The notes below the pieces were generated by a model, which saw only the letters and a list, made by a program, of their open reading frames with translations, was not told where the DNA came from and did no database searches. From Methanotrichaceae archaeon (GTDB taxonomy: Archaea; Halobacteriota; Methanosarcinia; Methanotrichales; Methanotrichaceae), in assembly GCA_963803145.1 (NCBI GenBank), contig CAWDLW010000013.1:1-64000 (forward strand): DNA of 64,000 nt, in the 5' to 3' direction. This document shows, one piece after another, positions 20,495-30,808 of this stretch (position 1 is the stretch's first letter; every line of letters begins with the position of its first letter). Both the position numbers and the translations under genes were made by a program.

Positions 20495-21486
20495 GAGTCC
20501 TATTGCTTGCGAATCAGCCTGAAAGAACTACCAGGCTTAAGATGTTCGAGGGCACTCTGAAGTCTCTTGGATATGATGTGATCATCCCGAGCTTCGGCAC
20601 GAGGAACTGGATTAAAATAGCCAGCCTGGCGAGGAAGATCACAAGAGAGACCAAACCTGATATTGTTCATATTTTCAATGTTCCTGATGTGATTTACCAT
20701 GGCTTTGGAAACCTTCGGGGAGATGGATTCAAGAAGCTTATTTACGATTACAGGTCTCCCTGGGGCATCGAAACTCAAGATACCTTCGGAGCGCCCGGCA
20801 GAATATTCGGAGAGTATTTTGAAAAGGAGCTCGCCAGAAATGCGGACGTAATCACAACAGTCAATGCTCCGCTTGCAAAAAAGGTGAAGGAATATGCGCC
20901 TGAAAAAGAGGTACACATAATACCAAACTACCCTTCACGCTCGTTCTCTAAGATAGAAACTGAGTCCGTTAGTTCAGATAATTTTGCCGAGCCTGATAAG
21001 AAGCCCATAATTTTCATAGGAAGAGTCTGCACTCAGGAGGGAATTGGAAAGCTGCTTGAGACTGCAAAGGCAATGCCTGACCGGGAGTTCTGGATCATCG
21101 GAAGCGGACCTTTTGCCTGGTGGTATCTCTGGAGAAAGCCGGAGAACATCAAGTATCTGGGCTGGCAGCCTCATAATAAGATCCCCGGCATAGTAAAGAA
21201 GGCTAAACTCTGCCTTATACCCAGGGAGAAGAATGGGCTTACACCTTACTCCACTGACAAGAGCATCTGGAAGCTGAATGAATACCTGAATATGGGTAAT
21301 ATTGTAGTAGCTTCAGGTATTTCGCGTGAGGAGCCAAGGAAAAACCTGGTGATTGTAGAAAGCGACCGTTTTAAGGATGCTATAATTGAGCATCTAAATG
21401 ATAAACCTCAGAAGCTCCTGGAGAAGGATTACAAATATTGGGATATGAATACTGAGGCCATCAAAGAGATTTATGAGAGCATTTAA
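20491..21486 (+). CDS. GT-B glycosyltransferase (GT4-like)
   Basis: IYDYRSPW, IIPNY, IIFIGRV, KLNEYLNMG..VVAS; last gene of the wbp-like operon. Confidence 0.7.
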   Translation: MRVLLLANQPERTTRLKMFEGTLKSLGYDVIIPSFGTRNWIKIASLARKITRETKPDIVHIFNVPDVIYHGFGNLRGDGFKKLIYDYRSPWGIETQDTFGAPGRIFGEYFEKELARNADVITTVNAPLAKKVKEYAPEKEVHIIPNYPSRSFSKIETESVSSDNFAEPDKKPIIFIGRVCTQEGIGKLLETAKAMPDREFWIIGSGPFAWWYLWRKPENIKYLGWQPHNKIPGIVKKAKLCLIPREKNGLTPYSTDKSIWKLNEYLNMGNIVVASGISREEPRKNLVIVESDRFKDAIIEHLNDKPQKLLEKDYKYWDMNTEAIKEIYESI

Positions 21487-21490
21487 AAAA

Positions 21491-21514
21491 GTTCAGGCCT
21501 TAAAAAGCCTGGAC
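21491..21514. terminator. Stem-loop just after the wbp-like operon
   Basis: GTTCAGGC ... GCCTGGAC (one G-U pair), preceded by an A6 tract. Confidence 0.35.
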
Positions 21515-21632
21515 TCCTCCTTAATATTGGGGAAATGATCCCGAGCAGACTTGAAGAGAGGAGCTGGACTGTGGAGCAAATGCATGCATCTGATGGCCTA
21601 TGGCCTGTAGCCTTCTGCCTGAGTGAATAGCC

Positions 21633-21726
21633 ATGGGCAGGAGCTTCGAGAGCGTGAGGATGGCCGTAAAAGATGTCTCGGCCAGGTGGCTTGAAGGCTT
21701 TTGATGAGCAGGAGGCTCAGAAGTGA
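21633..21726 (+). pseudogene. Truncated/frameshifted remnant of a small archaeal protein (MGRSFESVRMAVKDVSARW...)
   Basis: 23-codon ORF that resembles, from memory, small MGRSF/MGRT proteins found beside archaeal PolB2 loci; a 1-nt shift continues as LKAFDEQEAQK. Confidence 0.35.
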
Positions 21727-21773
21727 AAAGGGCACATATTAAAGGGGAGAAAAAAAGAATAAAAGAACTGTTT

Positions 21774-21941
21774 TTATAAATTAACTAAAAATAAATAATA
21801 GAAAACAGCAAAAACCAGAACAATTAGTATATTTACGATCAACCGTTCCCAGAATTCATATCTAAGATATGTAAAATCTAAAAAGACTATAAGAGCTACT
21901 GCTATCAGTACATATACTATGTTAACTGTTAAATTCGCCAT
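21774..21941 (-). CDS. 55-aa two-helix membrane microprotein (absent from ORF track)
   Basis: MANLTVNIVYVLIAVALIVFLDFTYLRYEFWERLIVNILIVLVFAVFYYLFLVNL; GGTG RBS and TTTATA-like box upstream. Confidence 0.75.
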   Translation of the reverse strand: MANLTVNIVYVLIAVALIVFLDFTYLRYEFWERLIVNILIVLVFAVFYYLFLVNL

Positions 21942-22382
21942 TTAAACACCAATCGTTTTTTATAAATCTTTCTATTATTTAACCTTTGGTTTATAACATC
22001 AAAGTGTCATTTAACTTGCAGAAGACAATACAGCCTTTGCGCTCCAGATTTTATGGTTGCCTGCGGAGATTATATTTGAGCAGGTGTATAACAACAAGAA
22101 GGCCAAGAAAACTTTTCTATAACACGTAGCAAAATAGAAGGCCATTTAGATCGTGCAATGAGAATGATTGAAGGTCTGCATAGTAAGAGAGGAGTTTGAT
22201 GGCATTGTCTTACATTTACTATACTCCACATGCTGACACATAAAGTTCTGGCTGTATTGATTAAAAGTTCAATATGGTAATCATTCAGAATCAGAGAATC
22301 AGTTTGGCCCGAAAGGTTTTTATCAGCAGTAATCAGACGATGCACAATTCTAAAAAAGATAATTTGTAAGGAGAAGCTTGAG

Positions 22383-23000
22383 ATGGCTAGAAGGACAAGT
22401 ATAACCGTAATAATGTTGATTTCGATCTGTACCCTTTTTTCTGTTCTGATTGCGCTGGCGGACGATGTTTCATTGGAGAACAACGTTGATCGTCCAGGTT
22501 CAGATTACGCCAGCTTCAATCTTGGGGGTGGTGTTGCGGGTGATTACGCGACCACTTGCCGTGATATCTGTGCTGGGGATCCGGAATGTAAAGCATTATC
22601 CATCGTGAAACCTGGTGTCCAAGGACCCAATGGACGCTGCTCATTGAAAAATGCCGTGCCCAACCCGGTCCCTAACAACAACTGTATATCTGGAGTCAAG
22701 ACCTCGGCTGCCCAAGCAGACCTGACCGGCATGTGGAACTGCGATGACGGCGGAAAATACTACATAAGACAACTTGGAAATGAGATTTGGTGGTATGGCG
22801 AAGCCAATCCAGACTCATCAGGATGGTCCAACGTGATGCATGGCACAATTAGCGGCAACACTATTAATGGAAAATGGGCGGATGTCCCCAAAGGTGCCAC
22901 CCAAAGCGATGGTACCATAAACCTTAACATAGAATCCAACAATAGGCTTAACGTCATTCAAAAGACGGGCGGCTTTGCAGGATCAGTCTGGACTAGGTAG
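22383..23000 (+). CDS. Secreted PAN/Apple-domain protein with a C-terminal Trp-rich beta domain
   Basis: Signal peptide; DRPGSDY..CRDIC.GDPEC...RCSLK...CISG (PAN_4-like); then DLTGMWNCDDGGKYYIRQ...WADVP. Confidence 0.8.
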   Translation: MARRTSITVIMLISICTLFSVLIALADDVSLENNVDRPGSDYASFNLGGGVAGDYATTCRDICAGDPECKALSIVKPGVQGPNGRCSLKNAVPNPVPNNNCISGVKTSAAQADLTGMWNCDDGGKYYIRQLGNEIWWYGEANPDSSGWSNVMHGTISGNTINGKWADVPKGATQSDGTINLNIESNNRLNVIQKTGGFAGSVWTR

Positions 23001-23244
23001 GGCCCGGAGTTCGGGAGATCTTCCCATTTTTAGGACACTGGAAAGATTAAGGCCCGAATTTTTTAATCGATGTGGATATCTTCATACACTAGAATGCAAG
23101 CATCGCTAGATCTCACGCGATATATCTGATGCTATCGATTAGAATCTCTGATTTTTGGTATAATCAGAAATATGTTCATCAACATGAAGAGGTAGACGAC
23201 CCGAACTAGTGTTAACCATAAATCTTTGGGGCAGAACCCTCCGC

Positions 23245-25050
23245 TTACTCCACCGTCACACATTTCGCAAGGTTCCGAGGCTTATCTATCGGCTGGCCGA
23301 GCTTGCTCGCAGTGTAATAGGACAGCAGCTGCACAGCTACTGTGCAAAGCATAGCCGATATAGCCGGCCTGGTCTCTGGCAACCTTATGACAACATTTGC
23401 TACCTTGCCGATGTCAGGATCGCTCTCTTCCGCCATGGCAATCACGTCTGCACCCCGTGCCCTGACCTCCTTTATGTTTGACTGAATCTTCTTGCCGCAG
23501 GTGGCCAGTGCTACAACAGGAGTTCTATCGGTTATCAATGCGAGCGGTCCATGCTTCAGCTCTCCTCCTGCATAGCCCTCGGACGGTATATAGGCGATCT
23601 CCTTCATCTTCAGGGCACCTTCAAGCGCAATTGGATAGAGGAAATCACGACCTATGAAGAAGTAGCAGCCTGCGCTCGCATACATTTCAGCAACCTCCTT
23701 TATCTTCTCACGCTTCTCAAGGACGCTCTGCACAAGCCCGGGAAGCCTCGTAAGCTCTATAAGCATCTTCCTTGCCCGATCAGGAGATAAGTAGCCTCTC
23801 GCTCTGCCCAGGCGTATTGCCAGCAGGAAGAGCGCGAGGAGCTGACTCGAGAAGGTCTTGGTTGCAGCTACACCGATCTCAGGCCCGCAACGTGTGTATA
23901 TTGTTCCATCTACGAGCTGTGTGACAGTGCTTCCAACGACATTTGTTATGGCAAGGCTCCGAACTCCGCAGGTTTTCGCCTTTTTAAGCGCTATGAGCGT
24001 GTCAGCTGTCTCACCCGACTGGGTTATGCCCAAAATGAGAGTTCTAGGCCTTATCTGAAGGTGCTGGAACTCTGAAGCAACTTCTACATCAACAGGTAGG
24101 CCCGCTGCGCGCGGAAACAGGTACTTTGCGAAAAGCCCAGCATGATATGAGGTACCGCATGCGATGATAGTGACTCTCTCCAAAGTTTCCATCTCATCAT
24201 CGCTCATTCCCAGATCGAGCCTTACATCTCCATCTATCTCGGATATTCTGCCTGCCAGCGTCTCACGAAGCCCGCGTGGCTGCTCGTGGATCTCCTTGAG
24301 CATGAAGTGAGGGTAGCCACCCTTCTCCGCGGCATCCATATCCCAATTGATCTTCTCTATCTCGTGAGAGTGCGGCCTTCCTGCCAGATCGCTTATCTCT
24401 ACCCTGTCTTCATAGAGCCTTGCAACCTCGCCATCTCTCATCCTGACAACATCCCGGGTATATGGCAATAGAGCTGGCACATCTGATGCAACATAGACGG
24501 CATCTGTGCCCACGCCTATAACCAGAGGGCTATCCTTGCGGGCGCAGACAAGATATGGTGAGCTGGATGCTAGAACAGCCATTGCATAAGAGCCCTCTAC
24601 CTTCGCAAGGGCTTTTATAACAGCATCTGCCAGATCTCCCTTATAATACATATTTATGAGGTGGGCCAGTACCTCGCTATCTGTCTCAGACTGAAACTCG
24701 AAGCCCATCTCTGTCAAAAGTTCTCTTAGCTCAAGATAGTTCTCGATTATGCCATTGTGCACTATCGCTATCTCGCCTGATGTAAAAGGATGCGCATTTC
24801 TATCGCTGGGCTTACCGTGCGTGGCCCACCTTGTATGCCCTATGCCCATGCTCTCTCCGGGAGAGCCGAGTCCTACATAGGCCTTCTCAAGATCACTAAT
24901 TCGGCCCGCTGATTTGATGACCTCTATCTCACCCTCGGTCTTGATTGCTATCCCTGCCGAATCATAGCCCCGATATTCCAACCTCTTGAGGGTGTCGAAG
25001 AGCACAGGCCCGGCCTTTCCCACGCCAATATATGCAACTATTCCACACAT
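23245..25050 (-). CDS. glmS: Glutamine--fructose-6-phosphate transaminase
   Basis: MCGIV, LEYRGYDSAG, GHTRWATHG, HNGIIEN, QSGETADT, ELKHGP, DKPRNLAKCVTVE. Confidence 0.97.
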   Translation of the reverse strand: MCGIVAYIGVGKAGPVLFDTLKRLEYRGYDSAGIAIKTEGEIEVIKSAGRISDLEKAYVGLGSPGESMGIGHTRWATHGKPSDRNAHPFTSGEIAIVHNGIIENYLELRELLTEMGFEFQSETDSEVLAHLINMYYKGDLADAVIKALAKVEGSYAMAVLASSSPYLVCARKDSPLVIGVGTDAVYVASDVPALLPYTRDVVRMRDGEVARLYEDRVEISDLAGRPHSHEIEKINWDMDAAEKGGYPHFMLKEIHEQPRGLRETLAGRISEIDGDVRLDLGMSDDEMETLERVTIIACGTSYHAGLFAKYLFPRAAGLPVDVEVASEFQHLQIRPRTLILGITQSGETADTLIALKKAKTCGVRSLAITNVVGSTVTQLVDGTIYTRCGPEIGVAATKTFSSQLLALFLLAIRLGRARGYLSPDRARKMLIELTRLPGLVQSVLEKREKIKEVAEMYASAGCYFFIGRDFLYPIALEGALKMKEIAYIPSEGYAGGELKHGPLALITDRTPVVALATCGKKIQSNIKEVRARGADVIAMAEESDPDIGKVANVVIRLPETRPAISAMLCTVAVQLLSYYTASKLGQPIDKPRNLAKCVTVE

Positions 25051-25051
25051 C

Positions 25052-26257
25052 TCAGATCACCCTGCTGCCACGCTCTATCCATCCTCTCACAACAGCTCCG
25101 GACCCAATTCGGGCATCAGTCTCAAGAACTGTGCCGGGATTCAACATTCCCCTGCTGCCCACTATTACATTATCTGCAATTATTGAGCCGAACTCTGCCC
25201 TATGAAATTCATCCTCGACCTCGACTATCGCATCTCCCGATTCTACGATGGCCTGATCGCCTATAAAACAGCTTGCGCCCACAACGGAATCGGAGATTAC
25301 AACAGCAGAGCCTATTCTTGTGCCATTCATGATAATACTGTTTCGTATCTCAGAGCTTGAACCAATCCTTACAGAATCGCCAATGGAGGTTGCAGGCTGT
25401 ATTGTCGCATTAGGGCCTATATCACAGTCCTTGCCTATTGAAATCGGTCCAACCAGATAAGAGCCAGATCTAACTACAGTTCCAGGCCCGATATCAACTG
25501 CCCCACGAACCCTCGCACCCTCTTCGATCTCGCCTGATATCTTCGGCATTCTAAGATTCATGGCAAGGCTGTTGGCGTTCAGAAGATCCCATGCTAATAT
25601 GGCATCCGCCCAGATGCCCTTTGTGAGTACAGACTTTATTTCCAAGCCATCTTTGATCATCTGCGATAGCGTCTGGGTCAGTTCATAGGATCCACGCTCT
25701 GAGATAGGCGTCTTTGGCAGCTCATCGAAGATATTGGTTCCGAATTTGTAGGCTCCTGTATTCAGTATTCCTGCACAAGGCCTTCCTGGCTTTTCCCTAA
25801 TCGATACTACTTTATCCTGCTCAACTGTAAGGACTCCATAATCGCCTGTGTGCTCCCGCAGTGCTGCTAGTATGACATAATCTCCAACAGACGTGACAAG
25901 ATCACGGATAGCTTTGTCATCAAGAAGGTTATCGCCATTGACAACAAGGAATTCTCCATCCATATAGGGCTCGGCTTGGGCCAATGCGTGAGCAGTTCCG
26001 AGAATCTCCTTTTGCTCGATGTAGGTTATATCAACGCCGTATTTGATGCCGTCCTCAAAATGATCCATTATCCGCTCTTTCTGATAGCCAACTACGATAC
26101 AAAGCTCTTTGACATCATTCGTAGCCAGCGCTCTAATCACGTGCTCCATAAAGGGCCTATTGCCCACGGGAAGCATGACCTTAGATCTTGTCTGAGTAAG
26201 CGGCCTGCATCTGCGGCCTTCTCCTGCTGCCAATATAACTGCCTTCAACTTAATCAC
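25052..26257 (-). CDS. GlmU-like nucleotidyltransferase/acetyltransferase (copy 2)
   Basis: LAAGEGRRCRPLT, VNGD, EKP, RGSYEL, hexapeptide repeats; directly upstream of glmS. Confidence 0.88.
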   Translation of the reverse strand: MIKLKAVILAAGEGRRCRPLTQTRSKVMLPVGNRPFMEHVIRALATNDVKELCIVVGYQKERIMDHFEDGIKYGVDITYIEQKEILGTAHALAQAEPYMDGEFLVVNGDNLLDDKAIRDLVTSVGDYVILAALREHTGDYGVLTVEQDKVVSIREKPGRPCAGILNTGAYKFGTNIFDELPKTPISERGSYELTQTLSQMIKDGLEIKSVLTKGIWADAILAWDLLNANSLAMNLRMPKISGEIEEGARVRGAVDIGPGTVVRSGSYLVGPISIGKDCDIGPNATIQPATSIGDSVRIGSSSEIRNSIIMNGTRIGSAVVISDSVVGASCFIGDQAIVESGDAIVEVEDEFHRAEFGSIIADNVIVGSRGMLNPGTVLETDARIGSGAVVRGWIERGSRVI

Positions 26258-26457
26258 TGCCGGGATAACTCAAAGAGATAGTAAAGCCAAAACTTGCTTT
26301 ATATCTTTCGGTCTAGTATATGTTGTTATCTTAATAATTATGAAAAATAGGAGGACTTAGGCTTTTTATAGATGTAAATACATTGGACCTCAGTCAGGTA
26401 AAGGCGAGACATAATAGGTATATATAGTGTTACTTAATCAAAAGGCTATTTCATAAG

Positions 26458-27603
26458 ATGAAGATATTAGTAATACCCACCACCGATTGGGTTAGGCACC
26501 CATTTCCCAACAGATTGAACTTCGTATTTGACATTTTGGCCGAGAAACATGACGTCTACGTTATGCATTTCAATCTCAAAAAGTTCAAGGACCAGGAGCC
26601 AAGGGAGACGAAGTGCAAGCTGGTGGATGCAGGAGGGATCGACTGTGAGGACCCATCACGTTATTACTTGCTGAACGCGCCCAATCATCTTCGGAAGATC
26701 AGAGAAATTATTGATAGAGAAAGAATAGATGTGATATTATCAGCCAATATCCTCCCCTCTTTTGCCGCCAACTTCTCAGGTGTGCCGGTAGTCTTTGATT
26801 ATCTCGACCACCTTGAGGAATCAGCATCCATATACTACCCAGGCTCGACCTTCGGCAGACTGGTCAAAAAAGGCGTGGGCCTTATCGTTAGATACAACAT
26901 CAGACATGCCCACTCCATTATTACAGTTACAGATGAGTTCAAGAATTATCTTAGCTCCATTGGAGGAAAGGATATCACCGTTATACCAAACGGCGTCGAC
27001 TCCGAGCTCCTGAAGCCGCTCTCTATTGAGGAGTCTAAAAGAAGGCTCGGCCTTGAGGGATATGTCCTGGGGTATGTGGGGTCTTTGGAGTATTGGGTGG
27101 ATCTGGAGACTGTAATTGAGGCACTTCCTCGGCTGAATGTCAAGCTTCTGATCATCGGACCGGGGCTTTTCACAGACTACGGCGACAAAATAAAGCGGCT
27201 AGCGGAAGATCTTGGAGTGAGCAATAAAGTAATATTCACTGGCACGATCAAGTACCAGAACCTGAGTCCATACATATCTGCCATGGACATAGGCTTGAAT
27301 CCCCTCAAAAAGATGAAGAAGAACGAAGAGACCGTGGGAGGCAAGGTCTTCAACTACCTAGCCTGCGGGCGTCCAGTGCTCTCCAGCCGCATGGTCTCAC
27401 TAGAGAGGCTGCTTGGTGATGAGATACATTACTACGATGATGTTGAGAGCTTTATCGGGCAGACGGAGCTCATTTTACGCTCAAACACAGATGAAGGTAA
27501 GCTCAGATCAGTTGCCAGAAAGTATGATTGGCGGAATATAGCAGGAGCTTATGAAGGGATACTGAACAAGGCAACGGATGTGCAGATACAAAAGGATTCC
27601 TAG
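26458..27603 (+). CDS. GT4 glycosyltransferase
   Basis: VIPNGVD, YVGSL, KVFNYLACGRPVLS. Confidence 0.85.
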   Translation: MKILVIPTTDWVRHPFPNRLNFVFDILAEKHDVYVMHFNLKKFKDQEPRETKCKLVDAGGIDCEDPSRYYLLNAPNHLRKIREIIDRERIDVILSANILPSFAANFSGVPVVFDYLDHLEESASIYYPGSTFGRLVKKGVGLIVRYNIRHAHSIITVTDEFKNYLSSIGGKDITVIPNGVDSELLKPLSIEESKRRLGLEGYVLGYVGSLEYWVDLETVIEALPRLNVKLLIIGPGLFTDYGDKIKRLAEDLGVSNKVIFTGTIKYQNLSPYISAMDIGLNPLKKMKKNEETVGGKVFNYLACGRPVLSSRMVSLERLLGDEIHYYDDVESFIGQTELILRSNTDEGKLRSVARKYDWRNIAGAYEGILNKATDVQIQKDS

Positions 27604-27654
27604 AGAAGATGGCATTAAAAAGCGAAGTCAATCCGTCAAACATGGAGACATAAG

Positions 27655-28623
27655 ATGAAACTTGCCTTCGTTTACTATCGGCAATCGTCTTTTATAAGAC
27701 AGGATGCCGAGATCCTCTCGAGGCATTTTCAGGTAGAAGAGGTCAATTATACCCGTCCGCTGGATATATTCAGGATCGCAAAGGCCATCTGGAGATCAGA
27801 GGTAGCTTTTTCCTGGTTTGCATCGGGGCACTCATTTCTGGTGGTGGTATTCTCGATTCTCTTTAGAAAGAGGTCAGTGATTGTTGCAGGAGGTTACGAT
27901 GTTGCTTTTGCTCCTGAGATCAACTATGGTCAATATACCCTCGGGCGACAAAAGAGGATGTACTCTGATTTTGTGCTTAGGAATGCTGATATTATCCTTG
28001 CTGTCTCAGAGTTCACAAAATCAGAGCTGCTTTCCCGACAGAGGCCTAAAAGGGTTGAGATAGTCTATAACGGAGTAGATACAGATAAATTCAAGCCTGA
28101 AGGCAAGAAAGAAGAGATGGTGATGACGGTAGCCTCGGGGTTTGGAAATGTGATAAAATTGAAAGGCATAGACTCATTCCTTAAGGCTGCTACTCATTTT
28201 CCTGATAAAAAGTTCTTGATTCTAGGATTATCTGACCATGATAAAGAGATCATAAACTCCCAAAACTCAATGGGAAATCTAGAGCTTCACGGACGTGTCT
28301 CCCATGAGGAACTGATCGGCTACTACCAAAGGGCGAAGGTATATTGCCAACTATCCTATAGGGAATCCTTCGGCATTGCCCTAGCTGAAGCCATGGCCTG
28401 CGAATGTATTCCAGTAGTAACCTCACGGGGAGCAATGCCCGAGGTGGCGGGAGATATAGGATATTATGTGCCTTATGGTGATGAAAAGGCGACAGCTGAA
28501 GAAATAGAAAAAGCCCTACACTCAGATAAGGGAAGGATGGCTAGAGAGAGGGTAAAAAGCCTGTTTTCCATAGATAAAAGAGAGAAGGGGCTAGTTAAGG
28601 TAATCAATACGATAGTTGGATAA
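27655..28623 (+). CDS. GT4 glycosyltransferase
   Basis: VYNGVD, ESFGIALAEAMACECIPV (EX7E motif). Confidence 0.88.
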   Translation: MKLAFVYYRQSSFIRQDAEILSRHFQVEEVNYTRPLDIFRIAKAIWRSEVAFSWFASGHSFLVVVFSILFRKRSVIVAGGYDVAFAPEINYGQYTLGRQKRMYSDFVLRNADIILAVSEFTKSELLSRQRPKRVEIVYNGVDTDKFKPEGKKEEMVMTVASGFGNVIKLKGIDSFLKAATHFPDKKFLILGLSDHDKEIINSQNSMGNLELHGRVSHEELIGYYQRAKVYCQLSYRESFGIALAEAMACECIPVVTSRGAMPEVAGDIGYYVPYGDEKATAEEIEKALHSDKGRMARERVKSLFSIDKREKGLVKVINTIVG

Positions 28624-28646
28624 GATAAAATGCAGACGGAGGAAGA

Positions 28647-29438
28647 TTGCTGCCTGAGATAGATTATATAATTCCGACCTGGAACAGCGGAGCTACCTTG
28701 GGCATAACGCTCCAAGCCATTAGAAAATACGGCCATCCGCACGACATAATAATCCTGGACAGGAATTCCAAGGATGATACCGGGTATATTGCCCAGCAAT
28801 TCGGATGTAAGGTCATCACTTCAACGAGGTCGTTGGGTGCGGCAAGGCGACAGGGAGCTGGAATTGCAAAGACAGATTTGGTCGCATATATCGATTCCGA
28901 TGTTGAAATTAACGAACAGTGGCAAGAAGTCCTCTATTGTGCGTGGGAGAGAAAGTACAAGGACGCTGGAGTGATCGGAGCATATTATAAAGGGTCTAAT
29001 CTTGACAATATTACATCTCATCTGGCGTTGTATGAGGGCAATGGTGCATTTGGTTGTATAGTTACATCCAGAGATCTGGTACTGGAATGCACTGAATTGG
29101 ATGATTACTCAAGTGCAGAGGATAGAATTTTTGCCAGGTTTCTGAAGACGAAAGGATTGAAGTGGTATATATTGCCAGTAGGCATCTCGCATTACCAAAA
29201 CATTACTAAAATACCCTACTACTCACGCTGGAGATGGCTTGGCGCGGGTCTCCGGACTATGGAGGGGTTTCGCCTTGTAAATGTTAAAAGAATTATGGGT
29301 GGTGCGGTATTTGGTATTAAGATGAACAACCTAGATATCGACTACTGGGAGAATTTCAGAATTAGATACAACTATTTTGTAGGGTATATTAAGTACAAAG
29401 AATATTATGAACTTGACCGTGATAGCTTGATAAGATAA
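28647..29438 (+). CDS. GT2 glycosyltransferase
   Basis: IIPTWNS, LD.NSKDDT, AYIDSD (DxD), AED; TTG start. Confidence 0.82.
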   Translation: MLPEIDYIIPTWNSGATLGITLQAIRKYGHPHDIIILDRNSKDDTGYIAQQFGCKVITSTRSLGAARRQGAGIAKTDLVAYIDSDVEINEQWQEVLYCAWERKYKDAGVIGAYYKGSNLDNITSHLALYEGNGAFGCIVTSRDLVLECTELDDYSSAEDRIFARFLKTKGLKWYILPVGISHYQNITKIPYYSRWRWLGAGLRTMEGFRLVNVKRIMGGAVFGIKMNNLDIDYWENFRIRYNYFVGYIKYKEYYELDRDSLIR

Positions 29439-29460
29439 AAGGCACGCTATCGTTTGAGAG

Positions 29461-30678
29461 CTATTTAGAAGATTGCGTAGATGCATTCAAGACTTCTTGG
29501 TAGACATCTATAGTCTCATCAACCATACGTTCCAGGCTGAATCTCTTTATGATCTTATTCCTGGCACGCTCTCCCAGCTCAACCCTCAAATTATCATTAT
29601 CAAATAACATCAGAAGCTTTTTCTCTAAATCAGATATGTCCCCTGGTTCTGCTAGAATACCATCGATACCATCTTTTATAATTTCCATCAATCCACCGAT
29701 CCTTGAAGCAACTATCGGTTTTCCACACGACATAGCCTCAAGAGCTACCAGTGGAAAGCATTCGGTCCTTAATGTCGGGAATGCAATGACTTCAGCGATG
29801 TTGTAGTACTTAGGCATATCCTCATAGGGGATTCTTCCTGTAAACAGAACTCTGTCTTCTATGCCCAGGCTGTTAGCCATTTTTTCCAAATCCATTTGAA
29901 ATGGGCCGTTTCCTACTATGATTAGCTTGGCGTCCTTCCATTTTTTCAGGACTAGATGGAATGCACTTATAAGAACATCAAAACCTTTGTACTTATCTAT
30001 TCTTCCTGGAGCTACAACTATCTTTTCTCCAGAGAGCTTTAATTTAGCTTTAAGATCTTCTGCACTGTCAGGCCGAAACTGATCAGTATCTATGCCGTTT
30101 GATACTATTTTTATTTTATTATCCGAAATCTCATATTCTCGCTTCAAATCACAGGATTGCTGTACTCCTACAGCTATAATTTTTACAGCTCTATTTAGTA
30201 TCATCCTATATCTGCGATGAAACCTAAGTCTATATTTGAAGTAATTATTGCCAGATTTAATAAGATTTTTAAACGATCTGCTAGCTTCATCACGTATTTT
30301 TCTCATAAATACTTCGTGAACCGTCACTATAAATGGTATATCTCCAGAGAAGTATTGTGCAAAACTGAAGCCATAACCTATCTCCTCACTGTCGACCAGA
30401 TCGAACCTTTCTTCTTCATTTAACTTCTTGAAGAGATTGGCAGCTTCTCTGAAGAATTTTTTAGTTACCCATTGTGTTTCTCCGACATAGAATATCCTGA
30501 GGCCCCCCCTAAACTCCATGGAACCATTCGGATGGCCGGGAGCTATCAAACAGATTAATGTCACCTTATGTCCTCGTCTGATTAGCCCTTTTATTAGCTC
30601 CTGGGTATGGACCTCCATACCCCCTATTATACCGTCAATATCCGAAGGTAAGCCCCTAGCGAAGAAACATATATTCAC
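29461..30678 (-). CDS. GT4 glycosyltransferase
   Basis: GGMEVH, NGID, GRIDKYKG, ECFPLVALEAMSCGKPIV. Confidence 0.9.
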   Translation of the reverse strand: MNICFFARGLPSDIDGIIGGMEVHTQELIKGLIRRGHKVTLICLIAPGHPNGSMEFRGGLRIFYVGETQWVTKKFFREAANLFKKLNEEERFDLVDSEEIGYGFSFAQYFSGDIPFIVTVHEVFMRKIRDEASRSFKNLIKSGNNYFKYRLRFHRRYRMILNRAVKIIAVGVQQSCDLKREYEISDNKIKIVSNGIDTDQFRPDSAEDLKAKLKLSGEKIVVAPGRIDKYKGFDVLISAFHLVLKKWKDAKLIIVGNGPFQMDLEKMANSLGIEDRVLFTGRIPYEDMPKYYNIAEVIAFPTLRTECFPLVALEAMSCGKPIVASRIGGLMEIIKDGIDGILAEPGDISDLEKKLLMLFDNDNLRVELGERARNKIIKRFSLERMVDETIDVYQEVLNASTQSSK

Positions 30679-30808
30679 GATTGATCCTCAAATTTGTGTT
30701 TATATAAATCCAATTTATATAATTTCTTGTACATCATACCGTGCCCAAAATATTCTATACTTAATGACGAGGCATTCATATAAAATTGAGTATAAATATA
30801 TAATTAGT

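Noticed and set aside
23000-23030. GGAGTTCG as a possible tRNA T-arm
   Set aside because: No cloverleaf can be built; only a small GGGAGATCTTCCC hairpin followed by Ts
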